Shown here one piece after another: positions 26,480-37,136 of a stretch of 64,000 nucleotides of DNA. Below the pieces are notes generated by a model. It worked only from the letters and a program-made list of their open reading frames with translations. It ran no database searches and had not been told where the DNA came from. The number at the start of each line of letters is the position of its first letter. Positions within the stretch are counted from its first letter, which is position 1. Source of the stretch: Bdellovibrionales bacterium (GTDB lineage Bacteria > Bdellovibrionota > UBA1018 > CAIMNF01); the NCBI GenBank assembly GCA_040380025.1, contig JBEIJY010000007.1, positions 1-64,000 on the forward strand, written 5' to 3'. The position numbers and the translations under genes were made by a program.

Positions 26480-29089
26480 GTGCCCAAAACCGACTCCAAA
26501 ACATGCCTGGTGATCGTCGAATCACCGACCAAGGCCCGAACCATCCGGAAGTTTCTTCCGAAGAGTTACATCGTCGAAGCGTCGATGGGGCACATCCGCG
26601 ACCTCCCCCAAAGTGCCGCTGAAATTCCCGAGAAGCTGAAAAAAGAAGACTGGGCACGGATCGGCGTGAACATCGAGCACGACTTCGAGCCGCTCTATGT
26701 CGTGCCCAAAGGAAAATCAAAAGTCATCTCGGACTTGAAGAAAAAGCTCTCCGGCGCGGATGAGCTGTATCTCGCAACCGATGAGGACCGCGAGGGAGAA
26801 TCCATCTCGTGGCACCTTCTCGAGGTACTGAAGCCGAAGGTCCCCGTGAAGCGCATGGTGTTCCATGAGATCACCCGCTCCGCCATCGAGCGAGCGCTCG
26901 AGAACACGCGTGAGGTCGACATGCGGCTCGTGCGCGCGCAAGAAACCCGGCGCATCCTCGATCGCCTCGTCGGCTACACGGTGTCGCCGCTCATCTGGAA
27001 GAAAATCGCTTATGGACTCTCGGCCGGACGCGTACAATCGGCGGGACTCCGCCTGTTGGTGCAACGCGAGCGCGAGCGCATCCGATTCCGGAGCGCGACC
27101 TATTGGGACCTCGAAGCCGAGCTCGAAAAATCCGGCCGGGACGGCGGAAAATTCAGCGCCCGCGCGATCGCCCTAAACGGAATGCGGCTTCCGACGTCGA
27201 AGGATTTCGACGAGACGACCGGAAAGCTCCTCGCCAAAAAAGAGGGCGAAATCCTGATCCTGGGATCAGCCGAGGCCAACCGCTTGAAGGGCGCGCTTGC
27301 ATCGGGAACCTTCACGGTCCAATCGACCGAAGAAAAACAATTCAACCAGCGCCCGTCGATTCCCTTCATCACCTCGACGCTCCAGCAAGAGGCGAACCGC
27401 AAGCTCGGCATGAGCGCACGCGATGCGATGCGCACAGCCCAAAGCCTCTACGAACAAGGGTTCATCACCTATATGCGGACCGACTCGCCGAATCTCTCGG
27501 CCGAGGCGATCCGCGGGGCGCGTGCGGCGGTCGAGGAACTCTTCGGCAAAGAATACCTCTCTCCCGAACCAAGACAGTTCACCTCGAAGAACAAAGGAGC
27601 GCAAGAAGCACACGAGGCCATTCGCCCTGCGGGAGCCGAATTCAAGCATCCTCGCTCGACCGGACTCTCGGGGCGCGAGCTTGCCCTGTATGAGATGATC
27701 TGGATGCGCACGGTGGCCTGTCAGATGGCCGAAGCCCGCAAGCTCTCGGTCAGCGTTAAAATCGAGGCCAAGGCCGGCGCCGACACGGTTCTCTTCAACG
27801 CCCACGGATCCCGCATCCTGTTTCCGGGCTTTCTTCGCGCCTATGTCGAAGGTCGCGATGACCCCGAAGCCTCGCTCGAGGACCGTGAGGTGATCCTGCC
27901 CGAGATGAAACAGGGCGATTCGGTGAAACCTCACGACATCGAGGCGCTCTCGCACACCACCAAACCTCCTGCGCGCTTCACCGAAGCCTCGATCGTCCAA
28001 CAACTCGAAAAAGAAGGCATCGGCCGCCCTTCGACCTATGCCTCGATCATCGACACGATTCTGGACCGCGGCTACGCCCGCAAGATCGGGAACGCGCTCG
28101 TTCCGACCTTCACCGGCATCGCTGTGATGCAATTGCTCGAGAATCATTTCGAAAACCTCGTCGACTTTCGCTTCACCTCCGAGATGGAAGGTTCGCTCGA
28201 CGAGATCGCCGAGGGAAAACGCGAGTATCTTCCGTACCTTCAACGGTTTTTTTCGGGCGCGAACGGACTCGCCGAGCAGGTGAAGGCGCAAGAAAAAAAG
28301 ATCGATCCGAACCGCTCGCGCACCGTCCAGCTCGAACAACTGAAAGACGTCGAAGTCAAGATCGGCCGCTATGGCGCCTACGTGGTCAAAGCCGGCACCA
28401 AGACCGAGGACGAGATCCATGCGACGATTCCGGATGACATCGCCCCCGGTGATCTGACCGAAACCCAAGTCTCGGACCTCCTCGCCGCCTCTGAAAAAGG
28501 CCCGCAGAGCATGGGAGTGGATCCCAAATCCGGACTCGACGTGTACTGCCTGAGCGGGCGCTACGGGCCGTATGTGCAACTGGGCCTGCCGACCGAAGAA
28601 AAACCAAAACCCCGTCGGGCCTCGCTCTTGAAGGGCATGGATCCGAAAACCATCACCCTCGACAAAGCGCTCGAGCTCCTCTCGTTGCCGCGAGAGCTCG
28701 GCGAGCATCCCGAGAAGAAAAAACCCGTGATCACGAACCTCGGGCGCTTCGGACCGTATGTGATGTGCGACGGGGACTTTCGCTCGCTCAAAAAAGAAGA
28801 CAACGTGTTCACCGTGACGCTGGATCGCGCACTCCAGCTTTTGAGCGAAGAGAAGAAAGCGCGCCGGGGCGCACAGGCCCTGCGCGAGGTCGGGCGACAC
28901 GAAGACAAGCCCGTCGAGCTTTACGACGGCAAATACGGCATGTACGTGAAGTGGGACACGATCAACGCCACTCTTCCGAAAGAGATCAAGCCCGAGGAGC
29001 TCAACCTCGAGCAGGCCGTGGCGCTCATCAAGGCCCGCGCGGAAATGGAACCCGCAAAGAAAACAAAGCGGGCCAGAAAGAAGTCCTGA
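26480..29089 (+). CDS. topA: DNA topoisomerase I (C-terminal GRYGPY-type repeats, no Zn ribbons)
   Basis: IVESPTK, ATDEDREGE, SAGRVQS, ITYMRTDS, AQEAHEAIRP, GIGRPSTY; basic C-terminal tail. Confidence 0.96.
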   Translation: MPKTDSKTCLVIVESPTKARTIRKFLPKSYIVEASMGHIRDLPQSAAEIPEKLKKEDWARIGVNIEHDFEPLYVVPKGKSKVISDLKKKLSGADELYLATDEDREGESISWHLLEVLKPKVPVKRMVFHEITRSAIERALENTREVDMRLVRAQETRRILDRLVGYTVSPLIWKKIAYGLSAGRVQSAGLRLLVQRERERIRFRSATYWDLEAELEKSGRDGGKFSARAIALNGMRLPTSKDFDETTGKLLAKKEGEILILGSAEANRLKGALASGTFTVQSTEEKQFNQRPSIPFITSTLQQEANRKLGMSARDAMRTAQSLYEQGFITYMRTDSPNLSAEAIRGARAAVEELFGKEYLSPEPRQFTSKNKGAQEAHEAIRPAGAEFKHPRSTGLSGRELALYEMIWMRTVACQMAEARKLSVSVKIEAKAGADTVLFNAHGSRILFPGFLRAYVEGRDDPEASLEDREVILPEMKQGDSVKPHDIEALSHTTKPPARFTEASIVQQLEKEGIGRPSTYASIIDTILDRGYARKIGNALVPTFTGIAVMQLLENHFENLVDFRFTSEMEGSLDEIAEGKREYLPYLQRFFSGANGLAEQVKAQEKKIDPNRSRTVQLEQLKDVEVKIGRYGAYVVKAGTKTEDEIHATIPDDIAPGDLTETQVSDLLAASEKGPQSMGVDPKSGLDVYCLSGRYGPYVQLGLPTEEKPKPRRASLLKGMDPKTITLDKALELLSLPRELGEHPEKKKPVITNLGRFGPYVMCDGDFRSLKKEDNVFTVTLDRALQLLSEEKKARRGAQALREVGRHEDKPVELYDGKYGMYVKWDTINATLPKEIKPEELNLEQAVALIKARAEMEPAKKTKRARKKS

Positions 29090-29092
29090 CCC

Positions 29093-29740
29093 ATGAGCTC
29101 GGATCGGAAGCGTCACTGGCTGATCAGCGCATTCGAACCCTTTGCAGGACGCCTCGAAAACGCCTCGATGCTAGTGCTCGAGGAACTCATCAAGGCATCA
29201 GCCCGTCTTGAGCCGAGCCCGGACGGTGCGTTTGCGTTTCATTTTCGGGTCCTGCCCGTGGAGTACGATCGGTGTGCAAGCGTTCTTTTGCAAGAAATTG
29301 AGGCCCTTGCCGCGCAGGGTATTCGCCTTGAAGGCGTCCTCTCGCTCGGAGAGGGCGACGAAGAACTCAAAATCGAGACCCGTGCCAACAACCTCGATGA
29401 TGTGGAAGGGTTTCCCGACAACGCCGGTATGATCCGTGAAGGTCAAGCGATCTTCAAGGATCTTCCGGACGATGCGGTGATTCCGCTTCGCTTTCCTTTT
29501 GATGCGTTCTCACGGATCCGCACCTCGATGAGTCCGGGATACTTCGTGTGCAATCATCTGTGCGCAAAAATGGCGCGTGCGCTTGCGTCCGACCCAAAAG
29601 CCCCTTGGTTTGGCTTCATTCATGTGCCGCGTCCCGGGCGCGGCGGAATTTTCACGCCCGAGATCATCGCCGCAATGATCCTGAACGGGTTCCGGAAACT
29701 CCCTTCCATCCGGCAGCCTGTTTTTTCTCTCCTTTCCTGA
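29093..29740 (+). CDS. pcp: Pyroglutamyl peptidase I (C15) family protein
   Basis: AFEPFAG..NAS, LPVEY, ETRANN, PGYFVCNH, FIHVP. Confidence 0.82.
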   Translation: MSSDRKRHWLISAFEPFAGRLENASMLVLEELIKASARLEPSPDGAFAFHFRVLPVEYDRCASVLLQEIEALAAQGIRLEGVLSLGEGDEELKIETRANNLDDVEGFPDNAGMIREGQAIFKDLPDDAVIPLRFPFDAFSRIRTSMSPGYFVCNHLCAKMARALASDPKAPWFGFIHVPRPGRGGIFTPEIIAAMILNGFRKLPSIRQPVFSLLS

Positions 29741-29804
29741 CGGCGGTCGTGTTTCATTCTTCCCGCGCCTGATAGAACCATCCTCGCTTGCGGGCGGGGA
29801 GTTC

Positions 29805-31820
29805 ATGCAACCAATACCGATTCCATCAAACGAATCCGAACGCCTGAAGGCTCTTCAGGACCTTCAAATCCTGGATACGGATAGCGAGAAATGCTTCAAT
29901 GATCTCACCCTGATCGCAAACCAGATCTGCGAGACGCCGATCTCGCTCATCAGCCTGGTCGACGGGCACCGGCAATGGTTCAAGTCCGCGCGGGGAATCG
30001 AGGTGACCGAAACTCCCCGCAAGATCTCGTTCTGCGGACATGCGATCCTCCAGTCCCAGGTGTTCGAGGTCCGGGATGCCCGAAAAGATCCGCGCTTCCA
30101 TGACAACCCTTTGGTGACCGGTGCCCCTGGAATCCGTTTTTATGCGGGGGCTCCCCTCATCACCTCGAGCGGGCATGCGATCGGAACCATCTGCGTGATC
30201 GGAACCGAGCCGAAGGCTCTGACCTCGGGGCAGAAGAGGGCTCTCGAAACCCTGGCAACCCATACCGTGACCCTGATCGAGCGAAGAGTCGAGGTCGAGG
30301 AACTGAAAAAACGGAACAAGCGCTTGAAGGCGCTCACCGATGTGATGAGCGAGGGGGTGATCCTTCAGGACTCCGAGAATCGCATCATTGATTTCAACCC
30401 GGCGGCGCTCCGGCTCACCGGCCTGACTCCCGAGGATTTAATGAGCCGAACCTCGCTCGATTCGCGCTGGAAGCTCTTTTGGGAGGATGGAACCGTGATC
30501 ACCCCCGAGTCGAGGCCTTCCCGCCGGGTGATCCTCGAGAATCGGGCATTCCTGAATGTCGTCATGAAGATCGAGCTTCCCGACGGAACCCATCGCTGGC
30601 TCAACACCAATGCGGTTCCGCTGCATCTGAGCGGGGGGACCTTCCCCTCGCACGTGTTGATCACCCAGAGCGACATCACCGAACAAAAGCAGCTCATGGG
30701 AGAACTGCTCCGGAGCGAGGAAAAATTCCGGAACTTTTTTCAATTCGCTCCGATCGGCCTCGTCATCACGGACATGAACGGAAAGTTCCTTGAGGCCAAC
30801 CTGGCGTTCCAGCAAATGGTGGGATTCTCGGTAGCCGAGCTTCGCGGCAAAGACACCCTCGAGATCACCCACCCCGAAGACAAAGAAAAAACAAGCGAGG
30901 CAATGGATGCGCTGTTTGAATTCGGATATGAAAGCGCCGGCATCCAAAAACGCTACCGGTCGAAAGACGGGAAAACCGTGTGGACGAAGCTCTTCAACCG
31001 GGAGCTGATCGCAGAACGCGGCGGAGGAAAAAGAGGCCTCGTGGTGATCGAAGACATCACCGAAAAAGTAAAACTCGAGGAGCAGCTGAAAGAGCAACAA
31101 GCCCAATTGATCCAGTCCGCGAAGATGTCGTCGCTCGGAGAAATGGCCGCGGGAATGGCCCATGAAATCAATAATCCGCTTGCAATCGTCATGGCCACAA
31201 TGAATTACATGCGAAAGATCCTTGATGTAGAGTCCTCCACTCATCTTGATCTTTCGAAACTCCGCGAGAAAATCGAACTCACCGAGAACACCGTAGGCCG
31301 CATCGCAAAAATCGTGAAAGGGCTTGGCTCGTTTTCGCGGGAAGGAACCCACGATCCGAAAGAACCGGTGCAGATCTCACGGATTATTGAGGAAACTCTA
31401 AGCCTCTGCCAGGAGCGCATCCGCTCGAAGACCGTCGACCTCAAGCTCGACCTGAACCATGACAATACCGTTCTCGGACGGCCCGGACAGATCTCGCAGG
31501 TGCTTTTGAATCTGCTCAACAACTCGTTCGATGCGATCGAGCGCGAGCCGAATCCTTGGATCGAACTGAAAACCAGAACCCAAGGCGATCTTGAAGTGGT
31601 CAGCGTGACCGACAGCGGGAAGGGCATCCCGAAGGCCATGCGAGCAAAAATCATGCAGCCTTTTTTTACCACCAAAGAAACAGGCAAAGGCACGGGCCTC
31701 GGCCTCAGCATCTCAAAAGGGATCATCGAGGATCACGGCGGCCGCCTTTACTACGACGAGAAATCCGAGAACACGCGCTTTGTGATCGAACTTCCGATTC
31801 TGAAAAAAGCTACTTCTTGA
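29805..31820 (+). CDS. Cytoplasmic GAF-PAS-PAS sensor histidine kinase
   Basis: GAF ([26 protein letters not shown]), two PAS domains, [23 protein letters not shown]. Confidence 0.93.
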   Translation: MQPIPIPSNESERLKALQDLQILDTDSEKCFNDLTLIANQICETPISLISLVDGHRQWFKSARGIEVTETPRKISFCGHAILQSQVFEVRDARKDPRFHDNPLVTGAPGIRFYAGAPLITSSGHAIGTICVIGTEPKALTSGQKRALETLATHTVTLIERRVEVEELKKRNKRLKALTDVMSEGVILQDSENRIIDFNPAALRLTGLTPEDLMSRTSLDSRWKLFWEDGTVITPESRPSRRVILENRAFLNVVMKIELPDGTHRWLNTNAVPLHLSGGTFPSHVLITQSDITEQKQLMGELLRSEEKFRNFFQFAPIGLVITDMNGKFLEANLAFQQMVGFSVAELRGKDTLEITHPEDKEKTSEAMDALFEFGYESAGIQKRYRSKDGKTVWTKLFNRELIAERGGGKRGLVVIEDITEKVKLEEQLKEQQAQLIQSAKMSSLGEMAAGMAHEINNPLAIVMATMNYMRKILDVESSTHLDLSKLREKIELTENTVGRIAKIVKGLGSFSREGTHDPKEPVQISRIIEETLSLCQERIRSKTVDLKLDLNHDNTVLGRPGQISQVLLNLLNNSFDAIEREPNPWIELKTRTQGDLEVVSVTDSGKGIPKAMRAKIMQPFFTTKETGKGTGLGLSISKGIIEDHGGRLYYDEKSENTRFVIELPILKKATS

Positions 31821-33204
31821 ACATGGCGATGGCTTTCAGGCGCTGGGTCTTGTGATCCACCAGCGGCTCCGGGTAGTCACCAAGCCCCCTCCGGAAGAGG
31901 CCTTCCTCGTGAGGCCAGTGAATCCGCTTGGCATCGAGCCCCGAAAGCTCGGGCACATACTTGCGGATGAACACGCCTTCGGGATCGAACTTCTCGCTCT
32001 GCGAGACGGGGTTCATCACGCGAAAGTACGGCTGGGCATCGCAACCGGTCGAGGCACTCCACTGCCAGCCGCCGTTGTTTGCGGCAAGATCATGATCCAG
32101 GAGCTGCTCCGCGAAGTAGCGCTCGCCCTCGCGCCAGTCGATGAGCAGGTCTTTTGTCAGAAACATCGCAGTGATCATGCGAAGCCGGTTGTGCATGAAG
32201 CCCGTCTGGTTCAACTGCCGCATGGCCGCATCGACGATCGGAAAGCCGGTCCTGCCCTCGCACCAGGCTTTGAACTGCTCGGGGGTGCCGCTCCATTTCA
32301 GGGAATTGTATTCGGGCTTGAAGGCGCCCTCGACCACATGCGGGAACTGATCGAGAATCATCTGGTAAAAATCGCGCCAGATCAGCTCGTTCAGCCAGGT
32401 TTTTGCCCCTTCTGAAAAATGCTCGTACGAAAACCGCACCGCCTCCCGGATGGAGACCGTGCCAAAGCGAAAATGCGCCGACAGCAGGCTCGTTCCGGGG
32501 AGCGCCGGGAAATCGCGATCCCGCCGGTAATTCCGGATCGACTCGTCAAACGATCGCAGAATCTTCCGTCCGGCCTTCTCGCCCGCGTCCACAAACAGCG
32601 GAACCTTCTGAAACCCGAGATCGGCAAAGCGCGGATTCCGGCCCTTGATCTTGGCGGCCGGAATGAGCCGTTTCAGGTCCGGCTTGAACTCACGCAGGTG
32701 GAGCGCGCGATCGGCCTCGAGCGTCTTGAGCCAATTCTTCGAATAGGGGGTGAACACCCGATACGGTTCACCGCCACCGCTCAGGATCTCGCGCCGCTCG
32801 AAAATGACCTGATCCTTGAACGAAAAAAACCCGACTCCGATCGCCTTCAGCTTTTCTTCGACCCGGCGGTCGCGGAGCTTCGCGGAGGGCTCATAATCCT
32901 GATTCAAGAACACCGCTTGTGCGCCGTACTCTTTGGCAATCGCCGGAATCTCGCGCACGGGGTCGCCGCAAAGCACGAGGAGCCGGGATTCCTTTTCTTT
33001 CAGCCGCTCCTCGAGCTCATCGATCGATTGCTGGATGAACTCGACCTGACGGTTGTCTTTTTTCAGGTTCTTCAGAATACCTTCATCGATCACAAAGACC
33101 GGAATCACCTCGGCAAAGCGCGAGCATGCCTCAAACAAAGCGCGATGATCCGAAAGCCTGAGATCGCGCCGGAGCCAGACGATCGCACGATTCTGCCGTT
33201 CCAT
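31810..33204 (-). CDS. phrB: Deoxyribodipyrimidine (CPD) photolyase
   Basis: WLRRDLRLSDH, TGFPIVDAAMRQL, GFMHNRLRM, NNGGWQWSASTG. Confidence 0.93.
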   Translation of the reverse strand: MERQNRAIVWLRRDLRLSDHRALFEACSRFAEVIPVFVIDEGILKNLKKDNRQVEFIQQSIDELEERLKEKESRLLVLCGDPVREIPAIAKEYGAQAVFLNQDYEPSAKLRDRRVEEKLKAIGVGFFSFKDQVIFERREILSGGGEPYRVFTPYSKNWLKTLEADRALHLREFKPDLKRLIPAAKIKGRNPRFADLGFQKVPLFVDAGEKAGRKILRSFDESIRNYRRDRDFPALPGTSLLSAHFRFGTVSIREAVRFSYEHFSEGAKTWLNELIWRDFYQMILDQFPHVVEGAFKPEYNSLKWSGTPEQFKAWCEGRTGFPIVDAAMRQLNQTGFMHNRLRMITAMFLTKDLLIDWREGERYFAEQLLDHDLAANNGGWQWSASTGCDAQPYFRVMNPVSQSEKFDPEGVFIRKYVPELSGLDAKRIHWPHEEGLFRRGLGDYPEPLVDHKTQRLKAIAMFKK

Positions 33205-34091
33205 CAGGCATGTCCTCCCACGAGCTCGAGCACCAGGTGCGAGACCCAATACATTCCCGCCCCGAGCAGGATCCACGCCGGTGCGAACTTGAGCTTGAGC
33301 GCCGTCGGCAGGAGCTGAACGAGCGTCACAAAAATCAGGATCCCCGTCGAGACCGCGAGAAAGGTCGATTCAAAGCCCTTGATGAAAAACGGAATCAGCG
33401 ACCCGAGCACGAATGCTCCGCCGATGAACAACAACACCTTTTGAGCGGACTTCAGGTTCGCTCCGCCGGCAAGAGCCATCGCCCCCGAAAGGACCCCCTC
33501 GGGCAGGAGGTGCAGAATCACGCCGATCACCATCAAAAATCCCAGGTGCGGATCGACCGCTTGCACCGAAGACAGCGCGATTCCGTCAAAAAACGAGCAA
33601 ATCATGAAGCACGCAATCGCCGAGCACACCTCGCCCGTCCCGAGCACTTCCATGTGGGTGTGGCGGTGAAGATGCGCGTGATCGTGCGAGTGCTCGCACT
33701 GCACGGCTTCGGCCAGATCGTGATGCTCATGATGGGTCGCCCCTTCATGGACGCTCGGATCATGGGTTTCGATGTGAGAGAGGGTTTCTTTGTCGGGATG
33801 GAAAAACGTCTCGACAAACCGGAGCCGCGGCACCCCGTAGCGTTCAAAGGCGATGACCAGAATCATGCCGAGCAGGGACCACGCAAAGAAGATTCGCGGC
33901 CCCCCCGGAAACTGAATCAGATTCTCGGGCAGAAGATCGATGAACAGAAACGCCATCATGAAGCCCGAGGCCACTGCGATGAAGACCTGCAGACGGTCCA
34001 TGTTGATGTGGCGGCCGGCGCGACCCATGATGAGCATGCCAAGGACGATCATCGAGAGCGCGATGACGATAGAAAACCCGAGAAGTAGCAT
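33204..34091 (-). CDS. ZIP-family divalent metal transporter with His-rich loop
   Basis: ASGFM...DLLPE, long His-rich cytoplasmic loop, SFFDG and LHLLPEG motifs, ~8 TM; TGATG overlap with the photolyase start. Confidence 0.85.
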   Translation of the reverse strand: MLLLGFSIVIALSMIVLGMLIMGRAGRHINMDRLQVFIAVASGFMMAFLFIDLLPENLIQFPGGPRIFFAWSLLGMILVIAFERYGVPRLRFVETFFHPDKETLSHIETHDPSVHEGATHHEHHDLAEAVQCEHSHDHAHLHRHTHMEVLGTGEVCSAIACFMICSFFDGIALSSVQAVDPHLGFLMVIGVILHLLPEGVLSGAMALAGGANLKSAQKVLLFIGGAFVLGSLIPFFIKGFESTFLAVSTGILIFVTLVQLLPTALKLKFAPAWILLGAGMYWVSHLVLELVGGHA

Positions 34092-34149
34092 ATCGAAAAT
34101 CCTACCGAATTTGACGGGTTCCCGCAATGGCGATAAGATCGCCCGCATC
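34092..34149. promoter_or_regulatory. Overlapping divergent sigma70-like promoters (leaderless/near-leaderless)
   Basis: + strand TTGACG(34111)-N17-TAAGAT-N10-GTG; - strand TTGCGG-N17-TAGGAT-N7-ATG. Confidence 0.6.
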
Positions 34150-34746
34150 GTGAAAGAACCCGCGATTCTCTTTGAATCAAGCGACCTCGTCGCACTCGAC
34201 AAGCCCCCGGGCTGGCTCAGCATTCCTGCGCGCGAACCCGCTCCGTCCGATCCGGTGGTCAGCCAGTGGCTCTCCGGCCGCTATGCGGGCGATATCCTGC
34301 CCGTTCACCGCCTGGATCGCTTCACGAGCGGAGTCATGATCTTTGCCCGGAACCGCGATGCCCACCGCACGGCAAACCGCTGGTTCGAGAAGCGCCTTGC
34401 AAAAAAGGTCTATCTTTTCCTGGCCGCGCCCCCTCCCTCCCGCCCGGCGGTGCAAATTCGAAGCGCCATCGACGGCAAGCCCGCTCAGACCTTGTTCGAG
34501 ATCCTCGAAGCCGCGCAAGACTCCTTTTTCGGACGGGCGACTCCGCTCACGGGGCGATTCCATCAAATCCGGGTCCATGCCGAAGAGGCGGGATTTCCGC
34601 TCCTCGGGGACCGGACCCACGGCGGAAGGGAGGCCCACCGGGTCTGCCTCCATGCGCATGAGCTGGACACCCCGGCCGGAACCTTCACCGCGCCCTGGCC
34701 CGAGGATCTGGCTGTTCTTTGGAGGCAACTCAAACATGGTGCATGA
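34150..34746 (+). CDS. RluA-family RNA pseudouridine synthase
   Basis: LDKPPGW, catalytic HRLDRFTSG, TGRFHQIRVH, LLGD, LHAHEL. Confidence 0.9.
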   Translation: MKEPAILFESSDLVALDKPPGWLSIPAREPAPSDPVVSQWLSGRYAGDILPVHRLDRFTSGVMIFARNRDAHRTANRWFEKRLAKKVYLFLAAPPPSRPAVQIRSAIDGKPAQTLFEILEAAQDSFFGRATPLTGRFHQIRVHAEEAGFPLLGDRTHGGREAHRVCLHAHELDTPAGTFTAPWPEDLAVLWRQLKHGA

Positions 34747-35701
34747 AATCCTGAAATCCGCGATTGATCTTCGCAAGAGCCTTGGCGTCTTGAACTCCAC
34801 CGAAGCGGTTCGTTTGTTTTACGGGCCCGGAGAGACCGATCATCCTGCACTTAAGCACTTGGCCATTGATCAGTTCTCGGATCAGTTCTGGATCACGATG
34901 TGGAACCCGGCCGGTGCCGCGGCCTTGCCCGAGGTGGAGCGGTTTATCACCACCGGCCTTGCGGGAGCGGTTCGCGCGATCGTTCTCATGGATCGCTCCG
35001 AGATCGCGACCGATGCCGAGGTCCGGACGATCGCCGGCACGCCGCGCCCGGGACGCTTTGCGGTTCGGGAATTCGGAATCCCCTACCTCGTGCAGATGGA
35101 ATCGACCAAGCACCCGGGGCTGTTTTTGGATCACGCGCCCTTGCGCGCGTGGCTCAAAGAAACCCAGCGGGAAAAAACCGTGCTGAATCTTTTCGCGTAC
35201 ACCGGAAGCCTCTCGGTTGCGGCCGGAGTCTCGGGCGCCGCAAAAGTCACGACGATCGATCTTTCCAAACCCACGGTGGAATGGGCGAAAGAGAACTGGC
35301 TCCATGCCGGGCTTTCTTCGGAACGCGGCGAGTTCCTTTCGGGGGATGTCTTTGAGTGGCTTCCGCGGCTCCGAAAACGAGGCGCCCTGTACGATACGAT
35401 TCTTTGTGATCCGCCCTCGTTCTCGCGCTCCAAGACCGGAACATTCTCGACCCGCAAGGACTCCGCGCGCCTGCACGAGGCGATCCTCCCGCTCCTTCGA
35501 ACCGGAGGAATCCTCATCACCTCGATCAACTCCGAGAACCACCCCGAAGCGGCATTCCTGCGCGACATCGAGACGGCCGCAAAGAACACGGATTGCACCC
35601 TCCGGGTGCTCTGGCGGGTGGATCTTCCCCCCACCTTCCCGACCGGAATGAACCTGACCGAGCGGTATTTGAAGGGGTTTGCGTTGGTGAGGCAGCGGTG
35701 A
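34736..35701 (+). CDS. RlmI/RlmK-like SAM-dependent rRNA methyltransferase
   Basis: GLFLDH, VLNLFAYTGSLS, IDLS, ILCDPPSF, YLKG. Confidence 0.88.
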   Translation: MVHEILKSAIDLRKSLGVLNSTEAVRLFYGPGETDHPALKHLAIDQFSDQFWITMWNPAGAAALPEVERFITTGLAGAVRAIVLMDRSEIATDAEVRTIAGTPRPGRFAVREFGIPYLVQMESTKHPGLFLDHAPLRAWLKETQREKTVLNLFAYTGSLSVAAGVSGAAKVTTIDLSKPTVEWAKENWLHAGLSSERGEFLSGDVFEWLPRLRKRGALYDTILCDPPSFSRSKTGTFSTRKDSARLHEAILPLLRTGGILITSINSENHPEAAFLRDIETAAKNTDCTLRVLWRVDLPPTFPTGMNLTERYLKGFALVRQR

Positions 35702-35792
35702 GGTAGCGGTGAGGCAGTGACCAAAACTTGAACACCCCCGGCCCCGGGTGGTCATTTTGCGGGATTTTCCTGCCATTTAAGGGACTTTTGCA

Positions 35793-35808
35793 TGGCACGG
35801 CTTTCGCT
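35793..35808 (+). promoter_or_regulatory. Putative sigma54 (-24/-12) promoter
   Basis: TGGCACG-GCTT-TCGCT with canonical GG/GC spacing, 28 bp before ATG 35837. Confidence 0.6.
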
Positions 35809-35836
35809 CTATCAGGGGGGAGAGGTCCTGAGAGCC

Positions 35837-36259
35837 ATGAAGAAGATCCATCTTTTCAGTTTATTCGTTGTGATCGTAGCATCACTGTTCACCCTGAACT
35901 CGCTTGCGGCGACGAGAATGAAAATCCATGTACTCGACAACCTCTCGGCGAAAGAATCCCAGTTCATGCTGAAAGCCCTGGCAAAACTCGGCTATGAGGC
36001 TTCCCCGTCGCCCCTTTTCACCGAATCGACCCACGCACTGGTGATCACCAAGGTACTGGGCCCGGCGCTCGAGACCGAGAGCTTGTCGCTCGAAGTGCTA
36101 GAGCTGAAAAAGAACGAGCCTCTGCCGAAAACGCTTTTTCAGGTCAAATCAAACGAAAAAAGCCTCGAAGGACTATTGAAGCAAGCCCCGTCCTCGGATG
36201 AGGTGAAGAATCTTTCTGATGCCCGCGCGGCAGTTACGCCTGTGGCTGCTCTGAAGTAG
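35837..36259 (+). CDS. Secreted hypothetical protein
   Basis: MKKIHLF signal peptide (SLA-A); GAGG upstream. Confidence 0.7.
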   Translation: MKKIHLFSLFVVIVASLFTLNSLAATRMKIHVLDNLSAKESQFMLKALAKLGYEASPSPLFTESTHALVITKVLGPALETESLSLEVLELKKNEPLPKTLFQVKSNEKSLEGLLKQAPSSDEVKNLSDARAAVTPVAALK

Positions 36260-37010
36260 CGGGAACTTCTGCGACGGTGACCGGAGCCGGGGCTGACCCC
36301 GGAAGAGTCGTTGCCGACTGCCCCTTCAGCACCAAACGGAGCTCGCCCGCCCCACGGGGACCGCGCGGAGCTCCTGATCTTTTTTCAGCGCTTTTTGCTT
36401 CTGGATTTCGGGGACGATCGGCTCGCGGTGCACGCGGAGGGCGAGGTGCCCTGGGCGGGCGGGGCGCGACGGTTCCCGCTCCCGGTGCCACAGCCCCGGA
36501 GGCATTCCCCACCTGAAACGAACCCTCGGCCGGACGGGCGGGCTTGTTCTCAAACCGGTCTCCCCGTGCGGGGCGATCACTGCGTGCAGGACGATCTCCG
36601 CGATCGGGACGGCCACCGGGTCCGGAACGATCGGGACGGCCGCCACGGGAGCGATCCCCGCGGCCCTTCCGGAAATCCCGATCCGACGACTCACGCGAAA
36701 CTCCGCGAGAGTTCGCATCCGGAAAATACTCCACCAGATAAAAATGGCCTTCCCGCTCGATGTAGGATTCGGGGACCTTTTCTTCCTCGGCGGACTTCAA
36801 CGCCACCACGACGCGCTTCACGCGATCCATCCGGGAACTGGTCATGTCGACCACGTTTTTGTAAAAACCGGCCTTGGCCTCATCGAGCTTCATGTGCTCC
36901 TGAAGGGCCGCCTGAACCTCTTCTTCGGTCTTACCTTCGGCGAGAAGTGCGGTTTTTTTGATTTGGGCGTCCTTGAGGGTGAATCCCGAGAATTCCGTGA
37001 GAGTTTTCAT
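36234..37010 (-). CDS. Hypothetical protein with Arg/Pro/Gly-rich disordered C-terminus
   Basis: Globular-looking N-terminal ~100 aa, then RGDR/GGRPDR/PRAPR repeats; near-consensus promoter upstream. Confidence 0.75.
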   Translation of the reverse strand: MKTLTEFSGFTLKDAQIKKTALLAEGKTEEEVQAALQEHMKLDEAKAGFYKNVVDMTSSRMDRVKRVVVALKSAEEEKVPESYIEREGHFYLVEYFPDANSRGVSRESSDRDFRKGRGDRSRGGRPDRSGPGGRPDRGDRPARSDRPARGDRFENKPARPAEGSFQVGNASGAVAPGAGTVAPRPPRAPRPPRAPRADRPRNPEAKSAEKRSGAPRGPRGAGELRLVLKGQSATTLPGSAPAPVTVAEVPATSEQPQA

Positions 37011-37020
37011 AGAGTTCTGG

Positions 37021-37049
37021 AATCTAGGCCAGTTCCCGGGCAAAGTCAA
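37021..37049 (-). promoter_or_regulatory. Sigma70-like promoter, near-leaderless
   Basis: TTGACT-N17-TAGATT-N10-ATG(37010). Confidence 0.65.
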
Positions 37050-37136
37050 ACTGGGGGTGCCCGCGATCGGGCCCGCACAGCGGGCAGCTCATTAAATCTT
37101 TCTATTTCGCGCTGATTCCTCTATGATCGGGCTTCT

